Origin: a virus
Taxonomy: Duplodnaviria; Caudoviricetes
DNA length: 61,117 nt
Strand: one strand, 5' to 3'
IMG/VR virus record: IMGVR_UViG_3300020469_005555
Location: 1 to 61,117 of that record
Shown: positions 39,006-48,592 of the stretch, piece after piece
Numbering within the stretch: position 1 is the stretch's first letter
How the letters are laid out: every line of letters begins with the position of its first letter
Position numbers and translations under genes: made by a program
The notes under the pieces: model-generated
What the model was told of the DNA's origin: nothing
What the model saw: only the letters and a program-made list of their open reading frames with translations
Databases searched by the model: none

Positions 39006-40253
39006 CTAGACAATAGCTGCATGAATATTAGTAAATTTACTTATCAAACTTTTTCTTTTGCTCTCTACAATATTAATAAAATGGTCGGGTATGTAAAATT
39101 TTTGGTCGTTAAGATTGACGATTCTCATTTTTAATTTTAAACAGGCAATAAACCTAAAAAAGTAATCAATTCTTCTAGAATAATTTGTGTCACTCAATAA
39201 CTGCTCCGGAACATAAAAATTTATGCGATTCCCTGTGAACATTTTAAGCCTATTCTGTAACACATCAATTCTTACATCAGGCCTTGTTTCAGCTTCTTCA
39301 ATTCTTTTTTTCAGAAACTTTCTATGACTTTCTATCTTTGCTTTACTCGCGACAGGGTTAATTGCGATGTGATTTTTAAAAAAAGATATTTTCTTTCCAA
39401 AATCTAAGTCCTTGCTTACTTCTTGTGATATCGTTTGACCTAGGTCACTTGTTACTACACTTGAATCGTGTATTGCAGCAATGTCATTGAGTATATTTAA
39501 GGATGATTCATCATTAACGTTTAAACACACTGGTAAAACTCTAAATCTCCCCATATTATTATTCTTCAATATTGTCTGTTTTACTTCCTCAGACATTCCA
39601 AAACAAAACAACACATACGGTTCTTTTGTGTTGTTAGCTTTATATAATAAATGATGAATCTCACCAATCGATTCAATAATACCGTTTATAATAATGAATC
39701 TGTAGTTTTTAATATCTTGACCTTTGATTTTACTAAAAAAAGAAAAGTCATAATCAATATTAAAAATAAAGTCAGATAAACATTCTACTAGAAACGTGTC
39801 ACCGCGGTATTTTTCAATGTTAATACTTCTATTTAAATTTGTATTTGAAAAAAACCAATTTGCTATATTTTCAATCACATTTGAATTTAAAGAACTGATA
39901 AATTTATTCTCATCTTTTTTTGAAAAAATAAAACTCCCACCACTGATCTTTGTGTGTTTTATCTGAAATAATTTGTGAAGCATATAGTCCCCTAAGTAAG
40001 GATACATTTTTTCGCAATTATAGTATTCTTTAAGTATTATATTTTTTAAACACTCTTCCAGGCTGTTTTCTGGTATAATATTTAAGTAATTAAGTGCAGT
40101 ATCATTAATAACAACATCTTTATTATATAAAACACTTGATTTGTCAATTAAATTTAAGAAGTCGTCTTTCTGTTTTTTAAAAATACATGCAATGTCGTCA
40201 TTACCAATAAATACTTCTTTTTTATGAATCTCGCCAGAGGTTGTTACTTGCAT
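39006..40253 (-). CDS. Degenerate GroEL/Cpn60-like protein (apical domain conserved)
   Basis: IIINGIIESIGEIHHLL......EPYVLF..GMSEEV..TI..N..MG...V, LNDIAAI, L..RI..AE......LQNRL..F.G align with the GroEL apical/intermediate domains; no GDGTTT. Confidence 0.7.
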   Translation of the reverse strand: MQVTTSGEIHKKEVFIGNDDIACIFKKQKDDFLNLIDKSSVLYNKDVVINDTALNYLNIIPENSLEECLKNIILKEYYNCEKMYPYLGDYMLHKLFQIKHTKISGGSFIFSKKDENKFISSLNSNVIENIANWFFSNTNLNRSINIEKYRGDTFLVECLSDFIFNIDYDFSFFSKIKGQDIKNYRFIIINGIIESIGEIHHLLYKANNTKEPYVLFCFGMSEEVKQTILKNNNMGRFRVLPVCLNVNDESSLNILNDIAAIHDSSVVTSDLGQTISQEVSKDLDFGKKISFFKNHIAINPVASKAKIESHRKFLKKRIEEAETRPDVRIDVLQNRLKMFTGNRINFYVPEQLLSDTNYSRRIDYFFRFIACLKLKMRIVNLNDQKFYIPDHFINIVESKRKSLISKFTNIHAAIV

Positions 40254-42156
40254 AAGTTAATATCTCCTCAGCAGAACTTTCGTTATAACCATATTCTTCA
40301 ATTAAAGTACCAATCATATCTGTGTATTTCTTTTTCTGATCATCATCTCTTGACTTTGAACGTGTCACAATACGCGCTATATCTTTAACAGATGTAATTA
40401 GATACTGTTCAATTGCTTCTTTAAGTGGCCCATAAGACTTATAGTCTACTGTTTCACCTTTTCTCATTTTAGAAAACATATAAGCAGTTACATCGTTTCT
40501 AAATCCGTCTCTAGCAGATCCTGTAACACTGATCATTTCTTCTATTGTTCTCATAAATTTTTCGTCTGGATCGCGTTCTTCCCTAGTGATTTTATCCTTA
40601 ACTCTAGTCTTTGTTGTATAACACTCAGCATTATCTAAATAAGAATCAAATAACGATTGTGCTTGTTCTTCATAAGCAGTAATAAATGCTTTTGCTATTT
40701 CTGTTTCTAGAATTCTCAAATATTCTTCGCGAATAACTTTTTGTAGAATTTCAAGATATCTTGTCTTCGCGTCTTCGTCAATTATCTGTTCTTTGACTTG
40801 TTTAATTAGAGAGTCTACTACATTAATAGGCGTGATCATTTCGTTGTCAGAATCTGAAAGTGCTGAATCTAAAGCTTTCATAATAAATCTTGTGGATATG
40901 CCCTCCATCCCTTCATGCTTTGCTTCATCTTTAAGGTCTCTAATGTCAACCTTTTTAACTCTTCCCTTTTCAATAATTGCTTCACCATTGTATATCTTCA
41001 TTTTTGTCAACATGTCACACTTATTAGAAGGTTGGAGCCGGCTCATAACTGAAAACATTGAAGCTACTTTTAAAGTATGCGGGGCGATGTGTGCATTTCT
41101 AAAGTCTGACCTTTTTATCATTTTTTGATATATTTTCATTTCTTGATCTAACTCTAGCACATAAGGAACATTTATCTTAACAACCCTATCTAAAATTGCT
41201 TCATTAGTATGTTCAGATTTAAATCTATTCCATTCACTTTCGTTACAATGAGCGAGAATTACTCCGTCGAAAAAAACCATATCATGCTTTCCAGGCGTTG
41301 GAACACGTTTTTCTTGTGTTGCTGTTAGCATAGTGTGTAAAAATTCAATTTCGTTTTTAAACACTTCAACAAACTCAACAATACCCCTGTTACCTACGTT
41401 AAACGCACCGTTTAAGGAGAGTACGCGTGGGTCATCTTCAGGATAAAGATCTAGTTTACTAATGTCCTCAGTTCCAATTAATACAGAAGTATCCTGTGAA
41501 TTGGCATCCATAGGAGGAACTACAGCAATTCCTCTCCTACCCCTCTGAGAAAAAGTAGATTCAACAACTTTAAAATTCTCGTATTTACCTTCGTATTCAT
41601 TTAATAACTTCCATCTAGCAACTGGACTTAAGTCACCCTCTATTGTTACCCCTAAAATATCTTCCATGTCATTTCGTAAAGATCTAGGAATTAACTGCAG
41701 GGGTTCACCTCTCTGAGGATCTCCTTCTAGATGAAAGTATCTTTGGCCATCAAGCGCGCTTTTAATATGTTCTGTGAGTGCTGATTTTCCGGCGCCTACT
41801 GGGCCCATTAAAAGAAGAACTTGTCTACTTTCTTCACCTTTGTGTGCAGCTGACTTAAGAAATCTCATTAACTTATTAATTACCGATTCCATTCCAAAGA
41901 ATTCTTTCTTGAAGTAATCGTATGTCCTTATTTTATCACCATTAAAAATATCTCTATACACATCTGAGTCGACATCTACAGTATCGATACCATGACTACA
42001 AATTGTTTCATACAATCTTTTGTGCGCTAATTTTATTTTATCTGGATTATCTCTAATTAATTCTAAATACTCTATAAATGTACCTTCAAATTTTTCCTTC
42101 TTTTTTTTGTTTCTTTGATTCTGTATGAGTTTTAACAATTCATTTTTGCGTGCCAT
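40222..42156 (-). CDS. prkA: PrkA/YeaG AAA+ ATPase / serine kinase
   Basis: FFGME, LMGPVGAGKS, EFVEVFKN, LLTATQE-like, HIAPHTL, EGMEGISTRF, YASNNLWRDS. Confidence 0.95.
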   Translation of the reverse strand: MARKNELLKLIQNQRNKKKKEKFEGTFIEYLELIRDNPDKIKLAHKRLYETICSHGIDTVDVDSDVYRDIFNGDKIRTYDYFKKEFFGMESVINKLMRFLKSAAHKGEESRQVLLLMGPVGAGKSALTEHIKSALDGQRYFHLEGDPQRGEPLQLIPRSLRNDMEDILGVTIEGDLSPVARWKLLNEYEGKYENFKVVESTFSQRGRRGIAVVPPMDANSQDTSVLIGTEDISKLDLYPEDDPRVLSLNGAFNVGNRGIVEFVEVFKNEIEFLHTMLTATQEKRVPTPGKHDMVFFDGVILAHCNESEWNRFKSEHTNEAILDRVVKINVPYVLELDQEMKIYQKMIKRSDFRNAHIAPHTLKVASMFSVMSRLQPSNKCDMLTKMKIYNGEAIIEKGRVKKVDIRDLKDEAKHEGMEGISTRFIMKALDSALSDSDNEMITPINVVDSLIKQVKEQIIDEDAKTRYLEILQKVIREEYLRILETEIAKAFITAYEEQAQSLFDSYLDNAECYTTKTRVKDKITREERDPDEKFMRTIEEMISVTGSARDGFRNDVTAYMFSKMRKGETVDYKSYGPLKEAIEQYLITSVKDIARIVTRSKSRDDDQKKKYTDMIGTLIEEYGYNESSAEEILTYASNNLWRDS

Positions 42157-42211
42157 AAGATATACCTCTCCTGTTTCATATATTAATTAATACGTTCTGG
42201 GTGTAAAATAC

Positions 42212-43540
42212 TTAAATTTCCCAAACTTCTTCTTCAATAATTGTAAAAAGTTTAACTTCTTTGTCCCAAACTTCTCTAATATGGTCCATTACTTTATCTG
42301 CATAGTCTAAGTCTAAGTCTCTTCCATCGTGTTCGTGTTTAAGAACTAATGCACCGTCACTATCTACTCTGTCGACGTATATGTGAGGTATCATATTAAT
42401 ACCGGTGTTTCTAATCATTTCATTCCTAACTGTCTTCCAATCGTCATGGTCTGTTACTTCAGAAACAACCGCACTGCCATCTTTTTTATTTTCATATGCG
42501 AAGAAATTTAATTCTCTAAAATCTTCTTCGTCTAATAACATTCGTAAAGCAGCTACGTCGTCGTGATTATCTCTTACTTCAAAACACTTTTCTAAACCGT
42601 GTTCTCTTTCCATTTTCTGAAAAATATAAAAACCTACATGATATGGGTTAACACCACCTAGATGTGGCCTGACGACTGCATTGTGCATTTTTAAAAACGG
42701 TAAGTGCATTGAATCTGGTAATTTTAAATCATGAAGTATTTTGTAATGCCAGAAAGATGCCCAACCTTCATTTAATATTTTTGTCTGTATTTGTGGCATA
42801 AAATACCAACTGTCTTGTTTTACAATTTCTAATAAGTCTAACTGCCAGTTTCTAAATTTGTCCGGATAATACTCTGTAAAAAAAGAAAGCATATCATGAT
42901 CAGGTTTTAGTAATCTTCTATTTTCTAATCCTTCATAGTCCAATAAAATACCCTTTTCTTTATATACATTGTATCTTCTAATCTCTCTGTCTTTTATTTC
43001 TTTACGTGTTTGTCTTGGTACACCGTATCGATTTGTCTGGTATTTTATCGCGTGGAGATTATCCAAAAAGGATTCTACTTTTTCTTGTCCTATTAGAGGA
43101 TCCTCAATATAACCTTGTATTCTCTTTTTTGCATTTCTCATTCGAGAAACGATATGTTCAGGATCAGTATCTTTAAAGCATCTATTGTTTTTAAAGAAAT
43201 CGCTATGTCCTACGCAATGTGCCATAATTAATATCTGCAAGTAAAGTGGATTTTGAAGCATTAAATACGCAATCGACGGGTTTGAATTTATGATCATCTC
43301 ATAAGGTAAACCACTTTGTCCCATATTGTAGTTTAAATGTGTTCTTTCAAAAGTTTTTCCGTAAGACCAATGATTGTAGTGGCTAGGCATTCCGTGATAT
43401 GACATATGTCCAATCATCTCATAATAGTCACAGATTTCATATGTAATTTCATGCCAGTCTAAACCATAGCCCTCTGCAATATTACATATTTTATCATCCC
43501 ACTCTTTTAAATCTTTTGTTGTATACTCAGATAAGCTCAT
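42212..43540 (-). CDS. spoVR: SpoVR/YcgB family protein
   Basis: GMP..Y.HWSYGK, YEMIINSNP, AHC.GH.DFFKNN, TKILNEGWASFWH, NPY..G, HDGRDLD; start adjusted to MSLSEY after GGAGG. Confidence 0.95.
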   Translation of the reverse strand: MSLSEYTTKDLKEWDDKICNIAEGYGLDWHEITYEICDYYEMIGHMSYHGMPSHYNHWSYGKTFERTHLNYNMGQSGLPYEMIINSNPSIAYLMLQNPLYLQILIMAHCVGHSDFFKNNRCFKDTDPEHIVSRMRNAKKRIQGYIEDPLIGQEKVESFLDNLHAIKYQTNRYGVPRQTRKEIKDREIRRYNVYKEKGILLDYEGLENRRLLKPDHDMLSFFTEYYPDKFRNWQLDLLEIVKQDSWYFMPQIQTKILNEGWASFWHYKILHDLKLPDSMHLPFLKMHNAVVRPHLGGVNPYHVGFYIFQKMEREHGLEKCFEVRDNHDDVAALRMLLDEEDFRELNFFAYENKKDGSAVVSEVTDHDDWKTVRNEMIRNTGINMIPHIYVDRVDSDGALVLKHEHDGRDLDLDYADKVMDHIREVWDKEVKLFTIIEEEVWEI

Positions 43541-44705
43541 ATTTACCTCCAAATAGTTTAGAAAACTGGGGCCATACATCTTTTTTATTTCTCAATCTTA
43601 CTATTTTAAATTTATCGCAAGTTAAAGGTTCAAAAACTTTAGCCATCTCTTCTCCCCACATTGATTCTTGTGAACCTTTAATCTGAATATAGCCAGCAAG
43701 TTGACTTATATTGATTAAATTTCTCATTTTATCTAGAGCTTTCTTGTTATCTTCGACCCAATTTTCTCCATCTGAACAGTGAAAAGTATAAATATTCCAA
43801 CTTGATGGGTTAAATCTCTCTTGTATTACTTGTTCAGCTTTTTCTAAACCTGATGAGATATGTGTTCCTCCCGATGAAGCTTTTTTAAAAAAGTCATCTT
43901 CATTTGTTTCTTTAGCTTCTGTTGTATGAGATATAAATACTAACTCTATGTTCTGGTACCTGTATCTAATAAACTGGTAAAGCAAAAAGAAAAAAGATCG
44001 TGCCAAGAATTTTTTGCGCTTTGTCATTGATCCAGAAACATCCATAATCATAAATATTACTGCATTAGTTATTGGTTTTTTAGTTACCTCAATGTGTTTA
44101 TACTTTAAGTCATCTTCATGAAAAGGAAATCTAGCTTCTTCATCATCTGGATTAAATGTTCCATTTTTAATTGATTGACTTTTTCTTCGTATCTTGTTTT
44201 TAAGCGTCTCTTTCTTTGATAATCTGGCATTAATACCTTTTGAACGATACCCTTTTCTTTTTATCCTCTCAGATGTCACAGTGTTATTCTGTTTCTTACT
44301 AAGTTCAGGTAGGTTTAAATCATCAAACAAGTACTTTGCTAACTCATCTAATGAAACCTCGACATCGTAGTATTCTTCTCCTGCTTCATTACCGGGTTTA
44401 TCTGGCTTACCTTTACCTTTACCTTTCTGATTAGGTTTTCTTACTACTTGACCTTTTTGTATATCTTGACCTTGTGCTGATCCAACTCCTTTAGTACCAT
44501 TACCCGTTCCATATATGAACTGGTATTCTTTGATACCTCTAACAGGTATTTTAATTTTCTTTTTACCATCTTGACCAATAATACTTTCTTCAGCGACAAT
44601 ATCATGTATGCCTTCTTTAATTGCTCTCTCAATCTTTTCTTTGTGCCTTCTTCTATCTGAAGCTGATCGATCAGCAACTGTTTTATGATTCTTAAATACT
44701 GACAT
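43527..44705 (-). CDS. yeaH: YeaH/YhbH (DUF444) VWA-domain protein
   Basis: DRRRH, EESII, LFDDL.LP.L, MDVSGSM (MIDAS), SGGT..SS, SDGEN. Confidence 0.95.
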   Translation of the reverse strand: MSVFKNHKTVADRSASDRRRHKEKIERAIKEGIHDIVAEESIIGQDGKKKIKIPVRGIKEYQFIYGTGNGTKGVGSAQGQDIQKGQVVRKPNQKGKGKGKPDKPGNEAGEEYYDVEVSLDELAKYLFDDLNLPELSKKQNNTVTSERIKRKGYRSKGINARLSKKETLKNKIRRKSQSIKNGTFNPDDEEARFPFHEDDLKYKHIEVTKKPITNAVIFMIMDVSGSMTKRKKFLARSFFFLLYQFIRYRYQNIELVFISHTTEAKETNEDDFFKKASSGGTHISSGLEKAEQVIQERFNPSSWNIYTFHCSDGENWVEDNKKALDKMRNLINISQLAGYIQIKGSQESMWGEEMAKVFEPLTCDKFKIVRLRNKKDVWPQFSKLFGGKYELI

Positions 44706-44777
44706 AATTTTTCCTATACTTAGTTTTATCTTATATAATTATAATTAATAAAGAGAATAAAGAAAGGTATATTTGTT

Positions 44778-45671
44778 ATGAACGACAATAAAATATTTAA
44801 GATAATTTTAGAAGATTTACAAAAATTAAATGAAAAAAAGAAATCTGATGGAATGAGAAGTGTCAAAAAAGGCGCAGATAATAATCCTAAAGTTACTAAA
44901 ATGGACTTTCTTCCTGACAAAGTTTTAAGAAAAATAGCTAAAGATAAAGACTTAGATGAAAAAAAGGGAGAAGAGTGTCCAGCATGTGGCCATGTTTCAA
45001 AAGGTGATGACACAAACTGTGAAATGTGTAATGAACCTTTAGATAATGTAAATTTAGATGAAAAGAAAAAAAGAAAGAAGTCAAAAAAGAGAAAGAAAAA
45101 ACAAGTAAAACACGACCCAAATTATGGAGCTCCAGAAGGTTCGAAAAGAGACTCACAGCTTGATAGAGCACGAAGAGCATATCAACGAGGAGACGTTGCA
45201 ACAGCAGCTAGGATTAGAAGAAATATGGAAAAGAAAGAGAGAAGTAAAAAGGGATATAAGAATATAAAGCGTGCTGATACTGCTATAACAGAATCAAAAC
45301 AAATTAACGAACTTAATGAACTAATCAATGATATGATTGAAGAAAGACTTTTAGACGAAATGCTCAACGATCTAGAAAAACATCTAGACGAAAAGCGTAA
45401 ACGTAAAAAGAAAAAGAAGAAGAAAAAAGGTGGTGGATTATCCGCTGCAGTTAAAAAGTCTCTTGATAAAAAAGCTGATCGAAGATGTCTAACAAGAGGA
45501 TCTGTATATTCAGAATTTAGAAAAGGACTAGCTGCTTACTTATCGTCAGGTTCTAGAAAAGGTATGTCAGCACATCAATGGGCTCATGCACGTGTTAATT
45601 CAGCAAACCCAAGTAAATCATGGGCAACAGTAAAGAAACGTAAAACTTGCCCAAAGAAAAAGAAGAAGTAA
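44778..45671 (+). CDS. Lys-rich protein with Zn ribbon and DUF5824-like C-terminus
   Basis: CPAC..CEMC; poly-Lys tracts; RKGLAAY.SSGSR.G.SAHQWAHARVNS. Confidence 0.7.
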   Translation: MNDNKIFKIILEDLQKLNEKKKSDGMRSVKKGADNNPKVTKMDFLPDKVLRKIAKDKDLDEKKGEECPACGHVSKGDDTNCEMCNEPLDNVNLDEKKKRKKSKKRKKKQVKHDPNYGAPEGSKRDSQLDRARRAYQRGDVATAARIRRNMEKKERSKKGYKNIKRADTAITESKQINELNELINDMIEERLLDEMLNDLEKHLDEKRKRKKKKKKKKGGGLSAAVKKSLDKKADRRCLTRGSVYSEFRKGLAAYLSSGSRKGMSAHQWAHARVNSANPSKSWATVKKRKTCPKKKKK

Positions 45672-46376
45672 TTACAAACTTAAGTCAACATCAAAAACAT
45701 TGTCGCGCATGTCATAAAGTTTTTGTATATCTCCCTCGCTACGCAGTATCTTATAAATAATATTCTCGTCAGACATTTCGCCTCCTTTATCGAGTCCAGC
45801 CTGGCGCATATTATTAATCTTTTTTATAAGTTTATCGAGGTCAGCAGTGTTTCTAGTATTTTTAGCTTCATCAATTTCCATATTAATTTGTCTTCTAAGA
45901 TATTTTACTTTCTTTAAAACGTTTTGCTTGTCAAAACTTTTTCGAAACTTATTAGGTTTTGTTAACCATTTGTCATCTTTGATTGAATATACACCACTCT
46001 CAACTGACTTCATATTTACATCTTGTGCAAATAACTCCACTTCAATGTTCAATACACGAATGTCGTGTCGAAAATTAAATAGTTTTTTCTTTGCCTTTAA
46101 GAATTCCTCAACTAAATCCACATCACGATTAATAGACTTTGGATCGACAATAATATGCAGGTCAATGTCTGAATAAGGTGTGTAGTTGTAGTTTGCGTAT
46201 GACCCTGTAAACGTCACGTCAATGACGTCTATGGAAATACCTAGGTAGTCTACGAAAGCATCGGATATTTCAAGCAGTTGTTCTCTAATATCAGGTTTTA
46301 GCTTATCTTCTTTCCACAACTTAACACTCAATTCATTATGTGGTAGGTGTTGTTTTATTTTGCTGCTAATTGACAA
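45672..46376 (-). CDS. Pol-beta superfamily nucleotidyltransferase (phage type)
   Basis: TGS.ANYNYT.YSDIDLH, VEL.AQD. Confidence 0.8.
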   Translation of the reverse strand: MSISSKIKQHLPHNELSVKLWKEDKLKPDIREQLLEISDAFVDYLGISIDVIDVTFTGSYANYNYTPYSDIDLHIIVDPKSINRDVDLVEEFLKAKKKLFNFRHDIRVLNIEVELFAQDVNMKSVESGVYSIKDDKWLTKPNKFRKSFDKQNVLKKVKYLRRQINMEIDEAKNTRNTADLDKLIKKINNMRQAGLDKGGEMSDENIIYKILRSEGDIQKLYDMRDNVFDVDLSL

Positions 46377-47287
46377 TTTTCATCTCCGTACATTTCACGG
46401 TACTTAAGTATCGCTTGCTCTTTAGCTTTTGCCTCAAATACAACATCTAAGTCTAGTCCATAGTCACTGACTTTATTTAAAATATAATCACTATGTGCTT
46501 GAGGTTTAACATTTAAATTTTCATTTAATGCTTTTGACTCAGAAAAATGGCATGTAGGCGTCACATTGCCCCATGTCGAAGCTGCTAACTTAACTGCTTC
46601 TTCTTCTGTTTGCCCACCTGTACAAAACTTGTGATGATGATAGTCAAATACAATAGGAACACCTAGTCGCTGATATACCTCATACAAGTCTTTTGTGCTA
46701 TACATTGATGCTTTGTCGTCATTTTCTAGTGTGATGCGACACTTAACATTATCCGGTAATAAATCATAATTTTTACACCACCTGTCGATTGCTGATCTTT
46801 TATCACCGTAAGTGGCACCAATATGAATGTTTATTTTTGCCCATCTATTTTTTGGCATGCCCATTAAGTCCATTAGTTTTCCGTGCATTCTTAAGTCAGT
46901 AACAGAGCTAGCAACAACCCGAGGTTTAGGACTAGTAAGAATATTAAAAGGTCCAGGATGAAAAGATAAACGTATATTATTTTGTTTTGCATACTCACCA
47001 GCTTGATGTAGATTTTGTTTAATTTTTTGATAATCAGGTAAGTCTTCTATTTCATATTCTGAACCCCAAGGTAACAAACAGGATGATATACGAAATACCT
47101 CAATGTTGTTTTGACGATTCCATTTTAATATTGGTAATAAGTTTCTAGTATTATGCTCTGCCAATTCAGAAGCATATCTAATACCTTTGGCTTTGAATGT
47201 TCTTTTAATCATACCTCGATTTGTAGTAACTTTGTAGTTTTTTTGTAAGTGCATATTGATACATGCGTAACCTAAGCGAATAGTCAT
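46355..47287 (-). CDS. uvsE: UV DNA damage endonuclease
   Basis: RLGYACIN, FRISS, RLSFHPG, NIHIG, LENDD, VFDYHHH, HFSES, AHSD, EAKAKE. Confidence 0.95.
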   Translation of the reverse strand: MTIRLGYACINMHLQKNYKVTTNRGMIKRTFKAKGIRYASELAEHNTRNLLPILKWNRQNNIEVFRISSCLLPWGSEYEIEDLPDYQKIKQNLHQAGEYAKQNNIRLSFHPGPFNILTSPKPRVVASSVTDLRMHGKLMDLMGMPKNRWAKINIHIGATYGDKRSAIDRWCKNYDLLPDNVKCRITLENDDKASMYSTKDLYEVYQRLGVPIVFDYHHHKFCTGGQTEEEAVKLAASTWGNVTPTCHFSESKALNENLNVKPQAHSDYILNKVSDYGLDLDVVFEAKAKEQAILKYREMYGDENCQLAAK

Positions 47288-47311
47288 TGTTTTCCTCCCT
47301 GGATATAAATT

Positions 47312-47340
47312 ATTATATCATGTAAAATATTTTGTTGCAC
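47312..47340 (-). promoter_or_regulatory. sigma70-type promoter GTGCAA-N17-TATAAT
   Basis: Upstream of uvsE and its GGGAGG RBS. Confidence 0.65.
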
Positions 47341-47358
47341 TTTTCGTATACTTAAAAT

Positions 47359-48162
47359 ATGAGGGTCTATTTTATGGAAAAAATAAAGTCTTATATTATT
47401 TGGGGGTTATGTATGTTGTCTATAACAGGGTTTTGTTTTTTAATTTTAACACATTTTTTAAGTTGTTACGGAAAACAAAAAGAAGTAGAAGTAGCTAAAC
47501 CAGTTTTTGTTGAAGAACACACAGACAAATTATCAAACTTTGTTTTTCTCATAAAAGAATCCCATTCATTATGTATTGCTGATGAAGAATCAAGTTGCGA
47601 TGAAGAACCTGAAATGATTCCTGTTGCGTCAGCATCTGGTCTTATTTTATCGTCGTCTACTTCACATATATTTATTTTAACAGCAAACCACTTTTGCGAA
47701 ACATCAAACATTGAAAAAGTAATGGGTGAAATTAAAATTAGAGCATTTATAGGTGAATCTAAAAGATTAGTTGATGTTGTAACATACACTTCCGAAGCTG
47801 ATTTATGTCTACTACAAGGACTAAAATACAATGGAGAGGAATTTAAAACAACAATTCTAGCAAAAGAAATGCCTTTAATAGGTGAAAGAGTAATCAATGT
47901 TGCTGCACCTGATGGCATGGCGTCCCCTCACACACGTTTAATGTTTGATGGTATTTTTGCCGGTTGCGAGAATTTTCAATGCATTTACACAGTACCTGCG
48001 ACTTTTGGAAGCTCCGGCTCAGCAGTTTATAACGAAAAAGGTGAGCTAATATCAGTTTTAGTTGCAGCTGCCACTAATTTTGAAAATGTTTCAATGGGTC
48101 CTCACGTAATATTAATACAAACTTTAGTAGATACAGTTCAAAAAGAAATAGATATATATTAA
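47359..48162 (+). CDS. Membrane-anchored trypsin-like serine protease
   Basis: N-terminal TM helix; LTANHFC, ADLCLL, FGSSGS catalytic triad motifs. Confidence 0.85.
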   Translation: MRVYFMEKIKSYIIWGLCMLSITGFCFLILTHFLSCYGKQKEVEVAKPVFVEEHTDKLSNFVFLIKESHSLCIADEESSCDEEPEMIPVASASGLILSSSTSHIFILTANHFCETSNIEKVMGEIKIRAFIGESKRLVDVVTYTSEADLCLLQGLKYNGEEFKTTILAKEMPLIGERVINVAAPDGMASPHTRLMFDGIFAGCENFQCIYTVPATFGSSGSAVYNEKGELISVLVAAATNFENVSMGPHVILIQTLVDTVQKEIDIY

Positions 48163-48175
48163 TAAAAGGTGTGGA

Positions 48176-48592
48176 ATGAAACTATATTTGGATGAGGGCT
48201 TAAAATATAGCCCAGAACAAATGAAATTAACCGGAGAGTTTATTCTCTTTTGCGCTGATAGTTTACCAATAGAAGGAGAATTTGAAGTACACCTTGTTAA
48301 TTCTCGGGAACCTCACGGAATATCAACTACAGCGCTTTATGAAGTTGGAAATAATTGTTGTAAAGTTTATTGTAAAAATAGAGCACTAGCTGACGTGTTG
48401 AGATCAGTTGCACATGAAATGACACATATGATGCAGGACCAGTTAGGTATTTTAACAGGTAATATTAGGGATGCAGGTGGATTTCATGAAGATCAAGCAA
48501 ATGCAAAAGCAGGTGAACTAATTAAATTGTTTGCTAAAAGTTCTCCTGAAAGAAAAATGATATACGAATCGCTCAAGAGATCGTTGGCGTAG
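48176..48592 (+). CDS. Zincin-like HExxH protein
   Basis: LRSVAHEMTHMMQ...HEDQANAKAG. Confidence 0.7.
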   Translation: MKLYLDEGLKYSPEQMKLTGEFILFCADSLPIEGEFEVHLVNSREPHGISTTALYEVGNNCCKVYCKNRALADVLRSVAHEMTHMMQDQLGILTGNIRDAGGFHEDQANAKAGELIKLFAKSSPERKMIYESLKRSLA

